A stretch of DNA of 24,000 nt from Saccharolobus shibatae B12 (GCF_019175345.1 NZ_CP077717.1:2303644-2327643), one strand, 5' to 3'; counted from the stretch's first letter, positions 9,398-19,806 are shown. Notes: generated by a model from the letters alone, not told the origin. Numbers and translations: made by a program.

Positions 9398-12196
9398 ATG
9401 CTAGATCATCTTGACCAGCGATTAAGAAAGCTAATAGAGGAAAAAAAATGGATTAAGCTAACTAGAGTACAAGAGATGTCCTATGAACCAATTACTAATG
9501 GATACAACACTCTCATCATTGCACCTACTGGTTATGGAAAGACTGAAGCAGCAATGTTTCCGATATTAAATAGAATGTTAAAAGAAGATGTTAAACCTGT
9601 TACTGTAATTTATATTACACCATTGAAAGCACTAATCAATGATCTTCTTTATAGAATAGACTGGTGGGCCTCTAGACTAGGTTTTTTAGTAAACAGGAAA
9701 CATGGAGAAGTTCCTCAAAAGGAAAAGAACTTACGATTAAAGAGAATACCTCACATAATTGTTACTACACCAGAAGGATTAGAAATAGATCTAGACTGGG
9801 CTAGTAGGTTTAGGGAGCATTACAAAAACGTTAAATGGGTCATAGTCGACGAGATTCATGAGTTAATAAACTCCAAGCGAGGAACTCAGCTATCAATACT
9901 ACTTGAAAGATTAAAACACTTCATTGGCTACGACTTTCAACGAATTGGCTTATCAGCTACAGTGAGTGATGAGAACAAAGTAGCGCAATTTCTCTTCGGA
10001 TCTTCCGAAAGAAAGATGAAGATAATAAGATTAAATGATACGAGGAATTTTGAAATAAAAATAAATAAGATTGACAATAATAATTTCACTTTGTGGAGAA
10101 ATGCAGCAGAAAAAATAAACCAACTAATAGAAAAGCCTACACTAGTCTTTACAAATTCTAGGTTTTCCACGGAAAGACTTCACGAAGAATTAGAAAAATT
10201 AGGAAATAAAGAAATCTACGTGCATCATTCGTCAGTTTCTAGAGACCTTAAGAACTTAGCTGAAGGAGAATTAAGAAATGGCAATGCGAAGGCAGTAGTA
10301 TGCACTAAAACACTAGAACTGGGAATTCACGTGGGAGATATAAAGAAAGTAATAATGCTTAGACCACCGACTTCAGTATCCTCGTTTCTCCAGAGACTAG
10401 GCAGAAGTGGACACATAGTCCATGGAGTTCCTAAGGGAGAAATAATCTGCTTCTACGATTTCGACGTATTAGAGTCCTTAGCATTATACCTTTCAGCAAA
10501 AGATGGTAAAATGGAAAAACCTTTCATAGATGATGGATTAGATGTTGTTGCAAGAGAAATAGTTGGCATGGTATTACAAAATCAAAAAATGAGCATAGAA
10601 GAGGCTTTTAATATTATTCGAGGAACTTATATTTATAGGAAGCTGGAATTATCAAGATTGATGGATTTAATACAGTATCTAGTAAAAAATAATATAATAA
10701 AGATTGAGGAGAGCTACTTGAAACTAGGACAAGGATTCTTTAAGATATGGAGATTTAATAGGGATGCTAGAAGTAGCTGGGGAAAAGACTTCTCAGAATT
10801 CTTTTCACTAATTAACAACGACGAAACATTTGCCTTAAAACATAATGGTATAACCGTAGGTGAGATAGACGCAGTTTACGTATATAAACATGTGAGAGCA
10901 AATGATGTAATAAGAATAAGTGGAAAGTTCTGGAAAGTATTGCGTATAAATACCCATAAGAATACGATAGATGTTACTCCAGCTAATGAAGGTGAAGGTG
11001 AGATACCGATATGGAAAGGAGAAAATACATCTAAATCTTCATTAATAGTAGATTACATTAGAAAAATTATAGAAAATTTCAACGAATATTATCTTACAAT
11101 GAATGAGATTATGGATAAAAATTCGAAGGAAAGTATAATTAAGATATTTGAAGAGTATAGAAAGTTAGGACTGAAAATACCCTCTGGAGATATAGTACTA
11201 GTGGAAAATAAGGAGGATGAATGGCTTTACACTGTACTGATTGACGAGAGAATTTCAAATACTTTATCTCATATATTACTTTATCTAGTAACTAAAAAAT
11301 ATACGTTAAACGCTTCTAGTAGAAGTTCAATATATGGTTTCTCAATAAAGGGGACTCCAGTAGATTTATTCAAAGACATCATAAATATGGATGAGAGGAA
11401 AATCGTAAAAATCGTATTAAGATCTATATTGAGATCTCCTCTTTATATAGCTACACTTAAGGAGATCCAACCAAGCTTTGGTAAAATATCAAAAATCAAC
11501 ACAAAAGAAGATAAATTCTTAATAAAAGAAGCGCTAAGACAGACAATAAAAAGATACTTTAGCATAAAGAAAACTCTAGAATTTATCAGAAAAGTTAGGG
11601 AAGGCAAAATAAAAATGATATATACTGAAAACGCAGGATTGTTGAGAGAAGCAGTATTCGCTCATGCTCAGATTAGACCTTGGCTTTCTGATCTAAATCT
11701 AACTATATATCAAGCACTAAAAGGTGGTGCGTATACGGTTAATGAGCTGTCAGAGATCTTAGGGATCTCAGCTAAAAGTCTTGAAAATAAGTTGAAACAA
11801 CTTAGAAGAAATAACAATAAATATAAAGTAACATCATTCGTAGATGTAGATAGTAGGGAAACCAGATGGTGCTTGTACGAAGATTTCATTGATATCGTTA
11901 AATCTGAAGAATATTATTCCTCGTTCTCACCTTTAAATAATAATGAGATATTTGCAGTTAACCTTAAGTCAGGGGATAATCAAGTTGAAATATTGTTTAA
12001 ACCATTTGATTTAATTAATAACCCAGAAGAGATATTGAGGAAGATTCCATTCAATAATATAGAGGAGGTTAAGGTTAGGGAAGCTATAGATACTTCCTAT
12101 CAATTTCTACAAAAATATTACCATGTAGGTAAAGATTCTATAGTATACTTATTGCTAAATGCTGTCGCCTACTTGCAAAGCTTAAAATACTCTTAA
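9398..12196 (+). CDS. lhr: Lhr-type (large helicase-related) superfamily-2 DEAD/DEAH-box ATP-dependent helicase
   Basis: 932 aa. Motif I APTGYGKTEAA, motif II VDEIHE, motif III GLSATVSD, motif VI QRLGRSGH. The long C-terminal extension is typical of archaeal Lhr proteins. Confidence 0.85.
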   Translation: MLDHLDQRLRKLIEEKKWIKLTRVQEMSYEPITNGYNTLIIAPTGYGKTEAAMFPILNRMLKEDVKPVTVIYITPLKALINDLLYRIDWWASRLGFLVNRKHGEVPQKEKNLRLKRIPHIIVTTPEGLEIDLDWASRFREHYKNVKWVIVDEIHELINSKRGTQLSILLERLKHFIGYDFQRIGLSATVSDENKVAQFLFGSSERKMKIIRLNDTRNFEIKINKIDNNNFTLWRNAAEKINQLIEKPTLVFTNSRFSTERLHEELEKLGNKEIYVHHSSVSRDLKNLAEGELRNGNAKAVVCTKTLELGIHVGDIKKVIMLRPPTSVSSFLQRLGRSGHIVHGVPKGEIICFYDFDVLESLALYLSAKDGKMEKPFIDDGLDVVAREIVGMVLQNQKMSIEEAFNIIRGTYIYRKLELSRLMDLIQYLVKNNIIKIEESYLKLGQGFFKIWRFNRDARSSWGKDFSEFFSLINNDETFALKHNGITVGEIDAVYVYKHVRANDVIRISGKFWKVLRINTHKNTIDVTPANEGEGEIPIWKGENTSKSSLIVDYIRKIIENFNEYYLTMNEIMDKNSKESIIKIFEEYRKLGLKIPSGDIVLVENKEDEWLYTVLIDERISNTLSHILLYLVTKKYTLNASSRSSIYGFSIKGTPVDLFKDIINMDERKIVKIVLRSILRSPLYIATLKEIQPSFGKISKINTKEDKFLIKEALRQTIKRYFSIKKTLEFIRKVREGKIKMIYTENAGLLREAVFAHAQIRPWLSDLNLTIYQALKGGAYTVNELSEILGISAKSLENKLKQLRRNNNKYKVTSFVDVDSRETRWCLYEDFIDIVKSEEYYSSFSPLNNNEIFAVNLKSGDNQVEILFKPFDLINNPEEILRKIPFNNIEEVKVREAIDTSYQFLQKYYHVGKDSIVYLLLNAVAYLQSLKYS

Positions 12197-12213
12197 AAAT
12201 AACTATCTTATTA

Positions 12214-12261
12214 GTGATGATGCCCTTCAATTTGATTGATGATAAGGGCCCGTGTTACTGA
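12214..12261 (+). ncRNA. Candidate C/D-box sRNA
   Basis: GTGATGA (C, 12214-12220), 11 nt tgcccttcaat, TTGA (D'), ttg, ATGATAA (C'), 12 nt gggcccgtgtta, CTGA (D, 12258-12261). Caveat: the same stretch can fold as a 6-bp hairpin (GCCCTT 12222-12227 with AAGGGC 12244-12249). Confidence 0.4.
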
Positions 12262-12307
12262 ACATTAGATTTATTTTTGCATATCCACTTATGACTCGTG
12301 AGAGAAG

Positions 12308-12577
12308 ATGACAGAAAAATTAAATGAGATAGTAGTTAGAAAAACAAAAAATGTAGAAGATCATGTTTTAGATGTAATTGTCCTATTTAATCAAGGAATA
12401 GACGAAGTAATATTAAAAGGAATAGGAAGAGAAATTTCTAAAGCAGTAGACGTTTACAATTCATTAAAGGACAGATTAGGAGATGGCATACAATTGGTAA
12501 ATGTACAGACTGGAAGCGAGGTTAGAGATAGAAGGCGTATATCATACATTTTGCTCAGACTTAAGAGGGTTTACTAA
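12308..12577 (+). CDS. albA2: Chromatin protein Alba2 (Sso10b2-type paralogue)
   Basis: 89 aa. [57 protein letters not shown]... has the Alba fold signature (xKGxGRxISKAVDV). It is recognisably the shorter, divergent Alba paralogue of Sulfolobus. Confidence 0.9.
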   Translation: MTEKLNEIVVRKTKNVEDHVLDVIVLFNQGIDEVILKGIGREISKAVDVYNSLKDRLGDGIQLVNVQTGSEVRDRRRISYILLRLKRVY

Positions 12578-15500
12578 GGTAGATATCTCACTAAATATTT
12601 CTAATAACACTGTAGATGCGCTTAACTTACTTAGTGCAATATCATCCAGTTTGCTCATTAATTTCGCTGTTGTACCTTCAGATACCAGATCGTAGAATTT
12701 GGAACTTAGAAATTGGTACGCTGAGATACCACGGTTTGTTGCTATTAGATATGACTTTCTTTTACTACTAACTATATACCCATGCCTCACTAGGTTCTCT
12801 ATAGTTTTCGCATATGTACTAGGCCTCCCAATCCCCTTTGATTTCATTAATGATATTACGTCCGAGTAACTTAGCAATTGTTCACTTGATCCTTTACCAG
12901 TGTTAACTTTAGGTTTAACCTCACCCAAAGGTAAATTGTACACCTTAACCGGATACACCTTAATAAACCCACCTTCAGCATTACTTAATAATTCTGCATT
13001 GATATTGTCATTCTTGTTTAGCTTTATCAAATATCTGCTCTTAGTACCTACTGCATGAGACATCTGGCTTGCCATAAATCGCCTAAAGATCAAGTCGTAA
13101 ATTAAGAAGTGCAATTTGCTAAACCTTATCGAATACTTATAAGGATTTTCCTCTATTTCTTGAATTAGCTCATTAACATCGATAGCTCTAGTTGGTCTTA
13201 TTGCCTCATGAGCACCTTCTTCTGATGATTCCCACGATCTGGGAACAAAATCTTTAATAAGCCCTTGCTTTTGAAGATACTCCTTAGCTATTTCTATTCC
13301 TACAGAGGAAATATGAGTACTATCAGTTCTATGATATGTTATTAGGCCAGCCTCAAATAAATCTTGAGCAATCTTCATTACAAGATTAGCTGGTAGTTTA
13401 TATTTCATATTAGCCTCAATAAGTAAAGTGTCTGTAGTAAAAGGAGGCAAGGGGGATAGCAATATTTTTTCTTCAAAGATTTTTTCAATCTTAACGACTT
13501 GTAAATTATTTATATATTCCTCCATTTTCTTTCTTTCACTGAAATGCATTTTAATGGGGTACCCTGCAATGTCGATATAAACCACATAACCCATTGCACT
13601 CTTGTACTTAATCGTTTTATCCACTATCCAACCTAAAACCGGGGTTTGCACTCTACCTGCACCATGATTATGCCCATTAAACTTCGTTTTTAGTAAGTTA
13701 CTTAGCGTGAAACCTATCCACCTATCTTCTATCCTTCTAACTATCTGACTCATCACTAGATTAGTATTGATCTTCATGGGATTCCTTAATGCCTCCAATA
13801 TTGCCTTCTTAGTAATTTCATGGTATGTTATTCTGTAAATATTGGAGTTATATGGAGACAAGAATGAAGCTAGATCATATGCTATTTTCTCACCTTCAGT
13901 GTCGGGATCAGACGCTATGAACACTTTATCCACTGACAACGCCAGCTCTCTAAGTAAATTAATCGTAGTCTGAGCTGTTTGAACGTTTGTAGAACCACAG
14001 TAAGGGCATTTATCTGAAGCAATAGAAAATGTCTTATTACAATCTAGGCATTTCTTTATTAAGTCATAATATGGTTTTATAATCCCACTATACTCTATTT
14101 TTATCCCATAATATCCTATATCCTCTAAGGTCAGATCTACAATATGACCTTTTGAGGCTACTACATCTAGCACATATATTTGATTGCCATCTACTATGAT
14201 AGTTTCGTATACTGGTACTTTATTTATCACCCTAACCGAAGGTCTGCTAAACATCTTAGCTATAGTCTTTGCTTTTGTTGGAGATTCTACTATGAGTAGA
14301 CCAGTTGATATATTAAAATGTACTCTATTTCCCTCTTCTTTTCTAGATTCTTCCAGTTTAGTTTTTATTTCAGATAAATTTATATTAGATAATGAAGTAA
14401 AGTTAGTGTTAGGAAACAATTTCTGCATTTTCTTTTTCAATATTTCAAAGATATGTTTATCATCTACCAGAATTATTGAAAACCCAAGAGTTAATCCCCC
14501 ATTGTAAAGTCTACTTGCCCTTCCAGAGCCTTGTAAATACGTTATCATATCTGGGTAAATTATGTAATAATTCGTATTCTGCTTAGCAATTACGAAATTA
14601 TCTGAAATTAAAGTCTCCTCTCCTATCTCCTTTAACTTATCTTTAACTAAGGAAATATAATACAGTAATTCCTGTCTTAATTGCTCTAGTTTTTGATAGT
14701 TTATAGTCTCCCCTTTTATTATAGAGAACTTTAACAACTGAGCCTCAGAAGGGCTCAGTACCAAAATCTTATTCTGTAACTCCGAGAAATTGACTCCAAT
14801 CATTTTGCCTACTCTTAGTAAAGTAAATGGATTAGATAAGGCATCAAATAGCTTAGCCTTTATTTTTGGGACTCCATAATATATTACATATTTTAGTCTT
14901 TTAGGCTCATCAATTCCTCTAACAGCAACACCGTAATAAGATGCAGAACCCACTAGAATATCTACTTTACCTTGAGAAAAATCATCAAGGAATTTTCTTC
15001 CACTTATTGCTAGCTTAGCGTTGAAACCTAAATCTTCGACATATTTCTTTATTTCATTTAATCTAGATCTTCCATATTCTTTCGAGACTAGAATCAACCC
15101 ACCACTTCCCAACTCCTTAATTATTGAAAGATCTAGATTGTCCGTGTAAGTATCAATGATATTCCTAGCGTACAACTGAATAGAAGAGGGTTCAAAACCG
15201 GTTAGTAACCTTAAGGCCTTTTGCTTAATACCTTTAGGTCGTATTGTCGCGCTAGCTATAACTAGCTGGGAAATTTTATCCTTAAATTCAGCTATCTTAA
15301 GTTCCAATTCCCTAATTTTCTCTTTAATTTCTTCCGTAAATTCATTAGAGAAATAGTATTTATTCCTTAATCTAATAAGTTGAATTGCACTTTCATAGAC
15401 ATCATTTGGAATCCCCAATAGACTAACCAATCTATCAGTAGTTTTACCACTTTTGATTACCGCATCTGCGTCGTCTATTGCTACAAAGTTTGGCTTATAA

Positions 15501-16042
15501 CTTGTTATTGAGTCCGCGTTCTTATTAAGGTAACTTATTGTTATTACGCTTACTTTCCTTTGATCAACCTTTCCACAAGATACTTGAGCACCCAATTTCT
15601 CTAGCCTTTTACAAACTTGTTCCATTAAGGACTTTGTAGGAACAATATATACTACGTCTTGGCCGATAAAGACGGAATAGGTCATCAATGTGGTTGTCTT
15701 TCCTAATCCAGTAGGAGCTGACATAGTGAAGCTCTGATTACTTACAAGCCTTCTTAACCATAATTTCTGGAGGGACCAAGGTTCATATCCAGTTTTATCT
15801 TTAAAATATTTAAATACAGTTTCAAATGTAGTAATATTATAATATAAATTCCAGTAATTTTTAATCTTATCGTTATCGAGTAGGATATTGTATAGCGCTT
15901 TTACCTTTGAAATATGATCTATACCATCAATTCCATTAATATACGGTAAACAAGTCTCGCATGGTAGACCATTCAGTAACCTATCAGCAGAAATATCCCC
16001 ACCACAGTTAGGGCAGGAATTTTTATACATTACATTAATCAT
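12542..16042 (-). CDS. rgy: Reverse gyrase (helicase-topoisomerase IA fusion)
   Basis: 1166 aa. N-terminal zinc finger CPNCGG...CETC, helicase motif [10 protein letters not shown], motif II AIDDAD, Toprim start ESPTKAKTI and the topo IA active-site region [12 protein letters not shown]. The 3' end overlaps the Alba2 3' end by 36 nt (convergent). Confidence 0.97.
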   Translation of the reverse strand: MINVMYKNSCPNCGGDISADRLLNGLPCETCLPYINGIDGIDHISKVKALYNILLDNDKIKNYWNLYYNITTFETVFKYFKDKTGYEPWSLQKLWLRRLVSNQSFTMSAPTGLGKTTTLMTYSVFIGQDVVYIVPTKSLMEQVCKRLEKLGAQVSCGKVDQRKVSVITISYLNKNADSITSYKPNFVAIDDADAVIKSGKTTDRLVSLLGIPNDVYESAIQLIRLRNKYYFSNEFTEEIKEKIRELELKIAEFKDKISQLVIASATIRPKGIKQKALRLLTGFEPSSIQLYARNIIDTYTDNLDLSIIKELGSGGLILVSKEYGRSRLNEIKKYVEDLGFNAKLAISGRKFLDDFSQGKVDILVGSASYYGVAVRGIDEPKRLKYVIYYGVPKIKAKLFDALSNPFTLLRVGKMIGVNFSELQNKILVLSPSEAQLLKFSIIKGETINYQKLEQLRQELLYYISLVKDKLKEIGEETLISDNFVIAKQNTNYYIIYPDMITYLQGSGRASRLYNGGLTLGFSIILVDDKHIFEILKKKMQKLFPNTNFTSLSNINLSEIKTKLEESRKEEGNRVHFNISTGLLIVESPTKAKTIAKMFSRPSVRVINKVPVYETIIVDGNQIYVLDVVASKGHIVDLTLEDIGYYGIKIEYSGIIKPYYDLIKKCLDCNKTFSIASDKCPYCGSTNVQTAQTTINLLRELALSVDKVFIASDPDTEGEKIAYDLASFLSPYNSNIYRITYHEITKKAILEALRNPMKINTNLVMSQIVRRIEDRWIGFTLSNLLKTKFNGHNHGAGRVQTPVLGWIVDKTIKYKSAMGYVVYIDIAGYPIKMHFSERKKMEEYINNLQVVKIEKIFEEKILLSPLPPFTTDTLLIEANMKYKLPANLVMKIAQDLFEAGLITYHRTDSTHISSVGIEIAKEYLQKQGLIKDFVPRSWESSEEGAHEAIRPTRAIDVNELIQEIEENPYKYSIRFSKLHFLIYDLIFRRFMASQMSHAVGTKSRYLIKLNKNDNINAELLSNAEGGFIKVYPVKVYNLPLGEVKPKVNTGKGSSEQLLSYSDVISLMKSKGIGRPSTYAKTIENLVRHGYIVSSKRKSYLIATNRGISAYQFLSSKFYDLVSEGTTAKLMSKLDDIALSKLSASTVLLEIFSEISTLVNPLKSEQNV

Positions 16043-16121
16043 AGCTAGAAAAAAACTTTATGATGGTAAGATCTTTTAAAAGAGTTATCGAAGTGTTACT
16101 CTATTCGGTTAACTTTTTTAG

Positions 16122-16129
16122 CTTTATAT
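16122..16129 (+). promoter_or_regulatory. Putative TATA box of the Alba1 promoter (Shine-Dalgarno AGGTGG at 16152-16157)
   Basis: CTTTATAT lies about 35 nt upstream of ATG 16163. A GGTG Shine-Dalgarno-like element sits 6-8 nt before the ATG. Assigned by motif reading only. Confidence 0.4.
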
Positions 16130-16162
16130 GAATGTCTATTTGAGACCAAATAGGTGGAAAAG

Positions 16163-16456
16163 ATGAGCAGCGGAACCCCAACTCCAAGTAATGTAGTCTT
16201 AATAGGAAAGAAACCAGTAATGAACTATGTCTTAGCTGCATTAACTCTACTAAATCAAGGAGTTAGCGAAATTGTAATCAAAGCTAGAGGAAGAGCTATT
16301 AGTAAGGCCGTAGATACTGTGGAAATAGTAAGGAACAGATTCTTACCAGACAAGATAGAGATTAAGGAAATTAGAGTAGGAAGTCAAGTAGTAACAAGCC
16401 AAGACGGAAGACAATCAAGAGTTTCAACAATAGAAATTGCTATAAGGAAAAAGTAA
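16163..16456 (+). CDS. albA: Chromatin protein Alba1 (Sso10b)
   Basis: From the ATG at 16163 the 97-aa product reads [60 protein letters not shown]..., which I recognise as Sulfolobus Alba/Sso10b. The track's GTG at 16154 lies inside the SD element, so I prefer 16163. Confidence 0.95.
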
Positions 16457-16458
16457 GT

Positions 16459-16486
16459 GTCTGAGTTTTTTAGACTTTTCTTTTAT
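16459..16486 (+). terminator. Putative T-rich terminator downstream of Alba1
   Basis: A weak 4-bp hairpin (GTCT...AGAC) spans T6 (16466-16471) and is followed by TTTTCTTTT. Archaeal termination typically uses oligo-T tracts. Confidence 0.35.
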
Positions 16487-16537
16487 TATGCGCTACTTTT
16501 AATAGGGAGCTTAACATAAAATATTCTTGCGATATAA

Positions 16538-16858
16538 ATGAGCCAGCCTACAATTAAAGTTGAATTTGAGGGAAAGGCAAAAATAGGAGAAATGATGGGC
16601 AATTTTAAAGCTATACAATTGAAGCCAGAAGATTTCTCCAGCCCATTAGCATTACAAATGGCGCTCTCTAGAATATACTCTGAGTTGATGAACATGATGA
16701 ATCAAAGGCAAGAACTCCACTATGTTGCTGATGTAAAATTTACAGACTCTATGGGAAACCCAGTAAGCGTGGGAGTAGATTTTGGAGACAAAATACCGCC
16801 ATTAAGCAAGAAAGAGGTAAAAGTAAAGATAACTATTGAATTCTACGACGAAGAGTAA
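16538..16858 (+). CDS. Hypothetical protein (106 aa)
   Basis: Clean ATG ORF with an A/T-rich TATA-like tract 20-27 nt upstream. I recognise no family motif. Its 3' end overlaps the convergent 94-aa ORF by 26 nt. Confidence 0.55.
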   Translation: MSQPTIKVEFEGKAKIGEMMGNFKAIQLKPEDFSSPLALQMALSRIYSELMNMMNQRQELHYVADVKFTDSMGNPVSVGVDFGDKIPPLSKKEVKVKITIEFYDEE

Positions 16859-17117
16859 CTCTTCTTTCCAAATAAGGTTTTGCCAAGAAGGAAAGAACAA
16901 AGTCGTCAAAGGGATTAAGCCTATATTCAACATTACTTAGTTTAGTTATTAGGCCTATTTTAGTCATATAGCTTATACTATTATATGTTACTTTTTTAGA
17001 AAAATAAGGTCCTAAAACAGAAAAAGCGTCACCTATATTAAATTTCTCATATCTAAATTTCTTGAAAAGAAGAAAATATATTATTACCTCCCTCTTTTTA
17101 AGCCATCTCATATTCAT
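16833..17117 (-). CDS. Hypothetical small protein, possible winged-helix DNA-binding fold
   Basis: 94 aa. The pattern REVIIYFLLFKK...FNIGDAFSVLG...VTYNSISYMTKIGLITKLSNVEYRLNP resembles helix-turn-helix plus wing. This is pattern judgement only. Confidence 0.4.
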   Translation of the reverse strand: MNMRWLKKREVIIYFLLFKKFRYEKFNIGDAFSVLGPYFSKKVTYNSISYMTKIGLITKLSNVEYRLNPFDDFVLSFLAKPYLERRVTLRRRIQ

Positions 17118-17172
17118 CAGCCTGGTTACTCATCAACCATTCAGCCCTTACAAGTCCATACATCCTTAATAT

Positions 17173-17184
17173 TTTTTATTTATA
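17173..17184 (+). promoter_or_regulatory. Putative TATA box for the 171-aa-class ORF
   Basis: TTTTTATTTATA is centred about 30 nt upstream of ATG 17209. This favours ATG 17209 (leaderless or near-leaderless) over the track's TTG at 17200. Confidence 0.4.
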
Positions 17185-17208
17185 GTATACCTCTTAATAT
17201 TGCTTAAT

Positions 17209-17715
17209 ATGCCTTACGTAGACGTTGACAGCAAAATATGTAGACCTAATGAGGTAAAGGAAATAAAAGAGGGAGATATAATATTAGTATATCCTGCTAC
17301 TCTAAACGTAAATGGAAAAATAGTAACTTTCCCCCCGCTTTCATTAATTAGCGAGGAGTGCACAAACGAGATTAAAAATTTGAGCTGGGTAGAAGGTATA
17401 ATAGTAAACCAAGAAATATTTCATAACGTGACTTTTCTCAAATGTGAAAACTATATTGAAGGAGAGATAGAAATTTTAGAACCTATCCTTCTTACAGCTT
17501 TCACTTTTAAACACATGATTGGAGGTAAAATAAAAGGCTACGCAAGCCAGCTTATTAAAGGTATACCTCTATTAAAAGTAAATAACCAACCAATAATAAG
17601 CATAGATAAGGGAAAAGTTAACGTTGGACTCTGTTTTTTAGATAAGAGAGATATTCTAGTAAGATTACTGGGATATTCTGTATTTTACTACATAAATCCA
17701 TCTTCATCGATCTAA
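17209..17715 (+). CDS. Hypothetical protein (168 aa from ATG 17209)
   Basis: Long ORF with normal codon usage and the promoter-like element above. No recognisable motifs. Its 3' end overlaps the XPB 3' end by 12 nt (convergent). Confidence 0.55.
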   Translation: MPYVDVDSKICRPNEVKEIKEGDIILVYPATLNVNGKIVTFPPLSLISEECTNEIKNLSWVEGIIVNQEIFHNVTFLKCENYIEGEIEILEPILLTAFTFKHMIGGKIKGYASQLIKGIPLLKVNNQPIISIDKGKVNVGLCFLDKRDILVRLLGYSVFYYINPSSSI

Positions 17716-19386
17716 AGGACTAAGTTTATCTTGATCCTTATCGAAGTTTTCGGAGGATTGATAAGGTATACCCTCAAATGTGAGAATATCAGTTTCTTTT
17801 CTCTTTTTAGCCTGATACTCCTCTGGAGTACCACTTACAACTATCTCATAAAGTTTTGCTTGCTTACCATTATAGGGCCTCATAATCCTACCTAATCTTT
17901 GAATAAACTGCCTTCTAGAACTTGTTCCAGTTACAATAATTCCTACATTAGCATCTGGAATATCGATTCCCTCATCCCCCACAGTAGTCAAAACAAGAAT
18001 TCCTGCACTCATAGTTTTAAAGGTTGCTAAAACTCTCTTCCTCTCCTCTTTAGACATCTTACCGGTTAATAGTAAACAGTTATACCTTCTAGCTATTTCT
18101 TCAGCTTGATCAACGTACTGAGTAAATATTAGAATCTTTCCTTTTTCGGATTTAAGTATCTCGTCTAATGCCCTCATTTTCTCTGAAGCAAAATTCACTA
18201 TTTTTCTCATTTCATTATAAACCCTCATGGCTTCAATAGCACTTTCATCACCTTTCTTTACTAACTCAATTAACTCACTTACCTTTCTGCCTTTAGATAA
18301 TGCCTTAAACTTGTTTAATAACTCATTGTACCTTTTTCTCTCTTCTAAGGTTAGTCTTACTTTTTTCTGAATAATTTCATAGGAGGCTAGATAACCTAAC
18401 TTGGCTAGTTCGGTAACTGACTTATAATATACTATTCCACCTATTAGGCTAAATAACTCATTGTGTTTATTATCCTCTCTATGGGGAGTCGCCGAAAGAC
18501 CCATCCTATAAGGAGCTATTAAGCCTTCTGCTATTGCTTTAAACTTATCTGCAGGTAAATGATGAACTTCGTCCACTATTAGTAGGTAAAATTTATCAAA
18601 TAGTTGTGGAAGATGCCTATACGCCGTATGATAAGTAGTTATGGTTATTGGTCTTATTCTCTTTTCCTCTGAGTAATAAAACCCAATGTCAGGTCTTTTT
18701 GAGGTAAACTTTAGTATAGCTTCTTTCCATTGTAGCATTTGCTCTTTGGTAAAGGTTACAATGAGAGTAGGCTTTTTGATTACATCTATACCTTTTATTC
18801 CAACTACTGTCTTTCCAGCCCCTGTCGGAAGTGCTATGACTCCCCTATTTCCATTCTTAATCCAATTTTCTATGGCCTCTATTTGATATTCCCTTAATTG
18901 CCCATTAAATTCAAACTCAAACTCTTTAAATGAAAGGTTTAATTCCTTGACCTCTAATCCATTTTCTCTCAATTTTTGCAATAGGTTATAATAATCCATT
19001 GGACGTATTATGAATCTTCTATTTTGCTTATCATATTTGATTTTGAATTTGTACTCCCCATTCTCATTTCTCTCATTAATTTTCTCTAGAACGTCTGCAA
19101 GATAGGTATATGGTTTCATAATTATTTTACCGGCCTCTATTTCAAAGGAACAATCCATGAGTTTTTCCTTCAATCTTGCAAAATCCTCTTGAGAAAGCTT
19201 CACATCGTAATCCTCTAAAATTTCCATTATCTCGCTTGGTTTTACTCCATTTCTTTTAGCTCTTTCCAAATCAATTACGAACTGAGATCCATTACTATCT
19301 CTTCCTAAATATCTCGAGAACAATAATAATCTCTTGAAATCATCTTCATCTAACCACTGTTTGATATAGAAAGTCCTCAAGGACAT
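17704..19386 (-). CDS. xpb: XPB/Rad25-type SF2 DNA repair helicase
   Basis: 560 aa. Motif [10 protein letters not shown], motif II VDEVHH, motif III GLSATP followed by the XPB-specific RED motif (PHREDNK), and motif [10 protein letters not shown]. An N-terminal domain of about 160 aa precedes the helicase core. An SD-like GTGA lies 8 nt upstream of ATG 19386. Confidence 0.9.
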   Translation of the reverse strand: MSLRTFYIKQWLDEDDFKRLLLFSRYLGRDSNGSQFVIDLERAKRNGVKPSEIMEILEDYDVKLSQEDFARLKEKLMDCSFEIEAGKIIMKPYTYLADVLEKINERNENGEYKFKIKYDKQNRRFIIRPMDYYNLLQKLRENGLEVKELNLSFKEFEFEFNGQLREYQIEAIENWIKNGNRGVIALPTGAGKTVVGIKGIDVIKKPTLIVTFTKEQMLQWKEAILKFTSKRPDIGFYYSEEKRIRPITITTYHTAYRHLPQLFDKFYLLIVDEVHHLPADKFKAIAEGLIAPYRMGLSATPHREDNKHNELFSLIGGIVYYKSVTELAKLGYLASYEIIQKKVRLTLEERKRYNELLNKFKALSKGRKVSELIELVKKGDESAIEAMRVYNEMRKIVNFASEKMRALDEILKSEKGKILIFTQYVDQAEEIARRYNCLLLTGKMSKEERKRVLATFKTMSAGILVLTTVGDEGIDIPDANVGIIVTGTSSRRQFIQRLGRIMRPYNGKQAKLYEIVVSGTPEEYQAKKRKETDILTFEGIPYQSSENFDKDQDKLSPLDR

Positions 19387-19717
19387 TTTTAATCACTTCA
19401 ACATATATAACCTTTAAATTAGAACCAAGAATATTTATAAGTTCCGAAATATCCCCTACATCATAAATAAAGTATTTATCTCCATTAAAATTTGAGAAAA
19501 CTCCTATCGAAGGCAAATTATATCTAGACTTGCTCATTAAAAGTATTTTATATACATCATTTAAAAATGGATTTACATATAAAATTAGACCATCTCCATT
19601 ATCTAAAGTGATACCTATAAAGTTCTTGCCTAAAGCTTCTGCTTCAGAGAAACCGTATTGTAATGCTTCTTCCAATCCGATCCAAGGTAAATTTGCGATC
19701 AATTCCTCTATTTTCAC
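19346..19717 (-). CDS. Hypothetical protein (123 aa), first gene of the putative XPB operon
   Basis: GTG start at 19717, with a minus-strand ATTTTAAA TATA-like element (19743-19750) about 26-30 nt upstream, which fits a leaderless transcript. It overlaps the xpb start by 41 nt. No recognisable motifs. Confidence 0.55.
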   Translation of the reverse strand: MKIEELIANLPWIGLEEALQYGFSEAEALGKNFIGITLDNGDGLILYVNPFLNDVYKILLMSKSRYNLPSIGVFSNFNGDKYFIYDVGDISELINILGSNLKVIYVEVIKNVLEDFLYQTVVR

Positions 19718-19796
19718 AACTATTATGTTAGGAAAAAGCTAGTTTAAAATGTATCGTGGCCATTAGATTTAATTTAGGCAGATTTTTTGCTGAATG

Positions 19797-19806
19797 AAAA
19801 TATAAA
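19797..19806 (+). promoter_or_regulatory. Putative TATA box of the gatCA promoter
   Basis: AAAATATAAA is centred about 27 nt upstream of ATG 19829. This implies a leaderless gatC mRNA and argues against the track's GTG at 19820. Confidence 0.45.

Noticed and set aside
16154-16162. GTG start extending Alba1 by three codons (MEK-)
   Set aside because: The GTG lies within the AGGTGG Shine-Dalgarno element that is correctly spaced for ATG 16163. The known Alba/Sso10b N-terminus is MSSGTP.
17117-17144. Minus-strand CTGA-atgg-TTGATGA-gtaaccagg-CTGA motif just upstream of, and overlapping, the 94-aa ORF start; a possible C/D sRNA or 5'-UTR k-turn
   Set aside because: The guide spacer is only 9 nt, there is no upstream C box at the right distance, and the D box overlaps the ATG. 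This is not enough to call an sRNA. An L7Ae-binding k-turn in the leader remains pure speculation.
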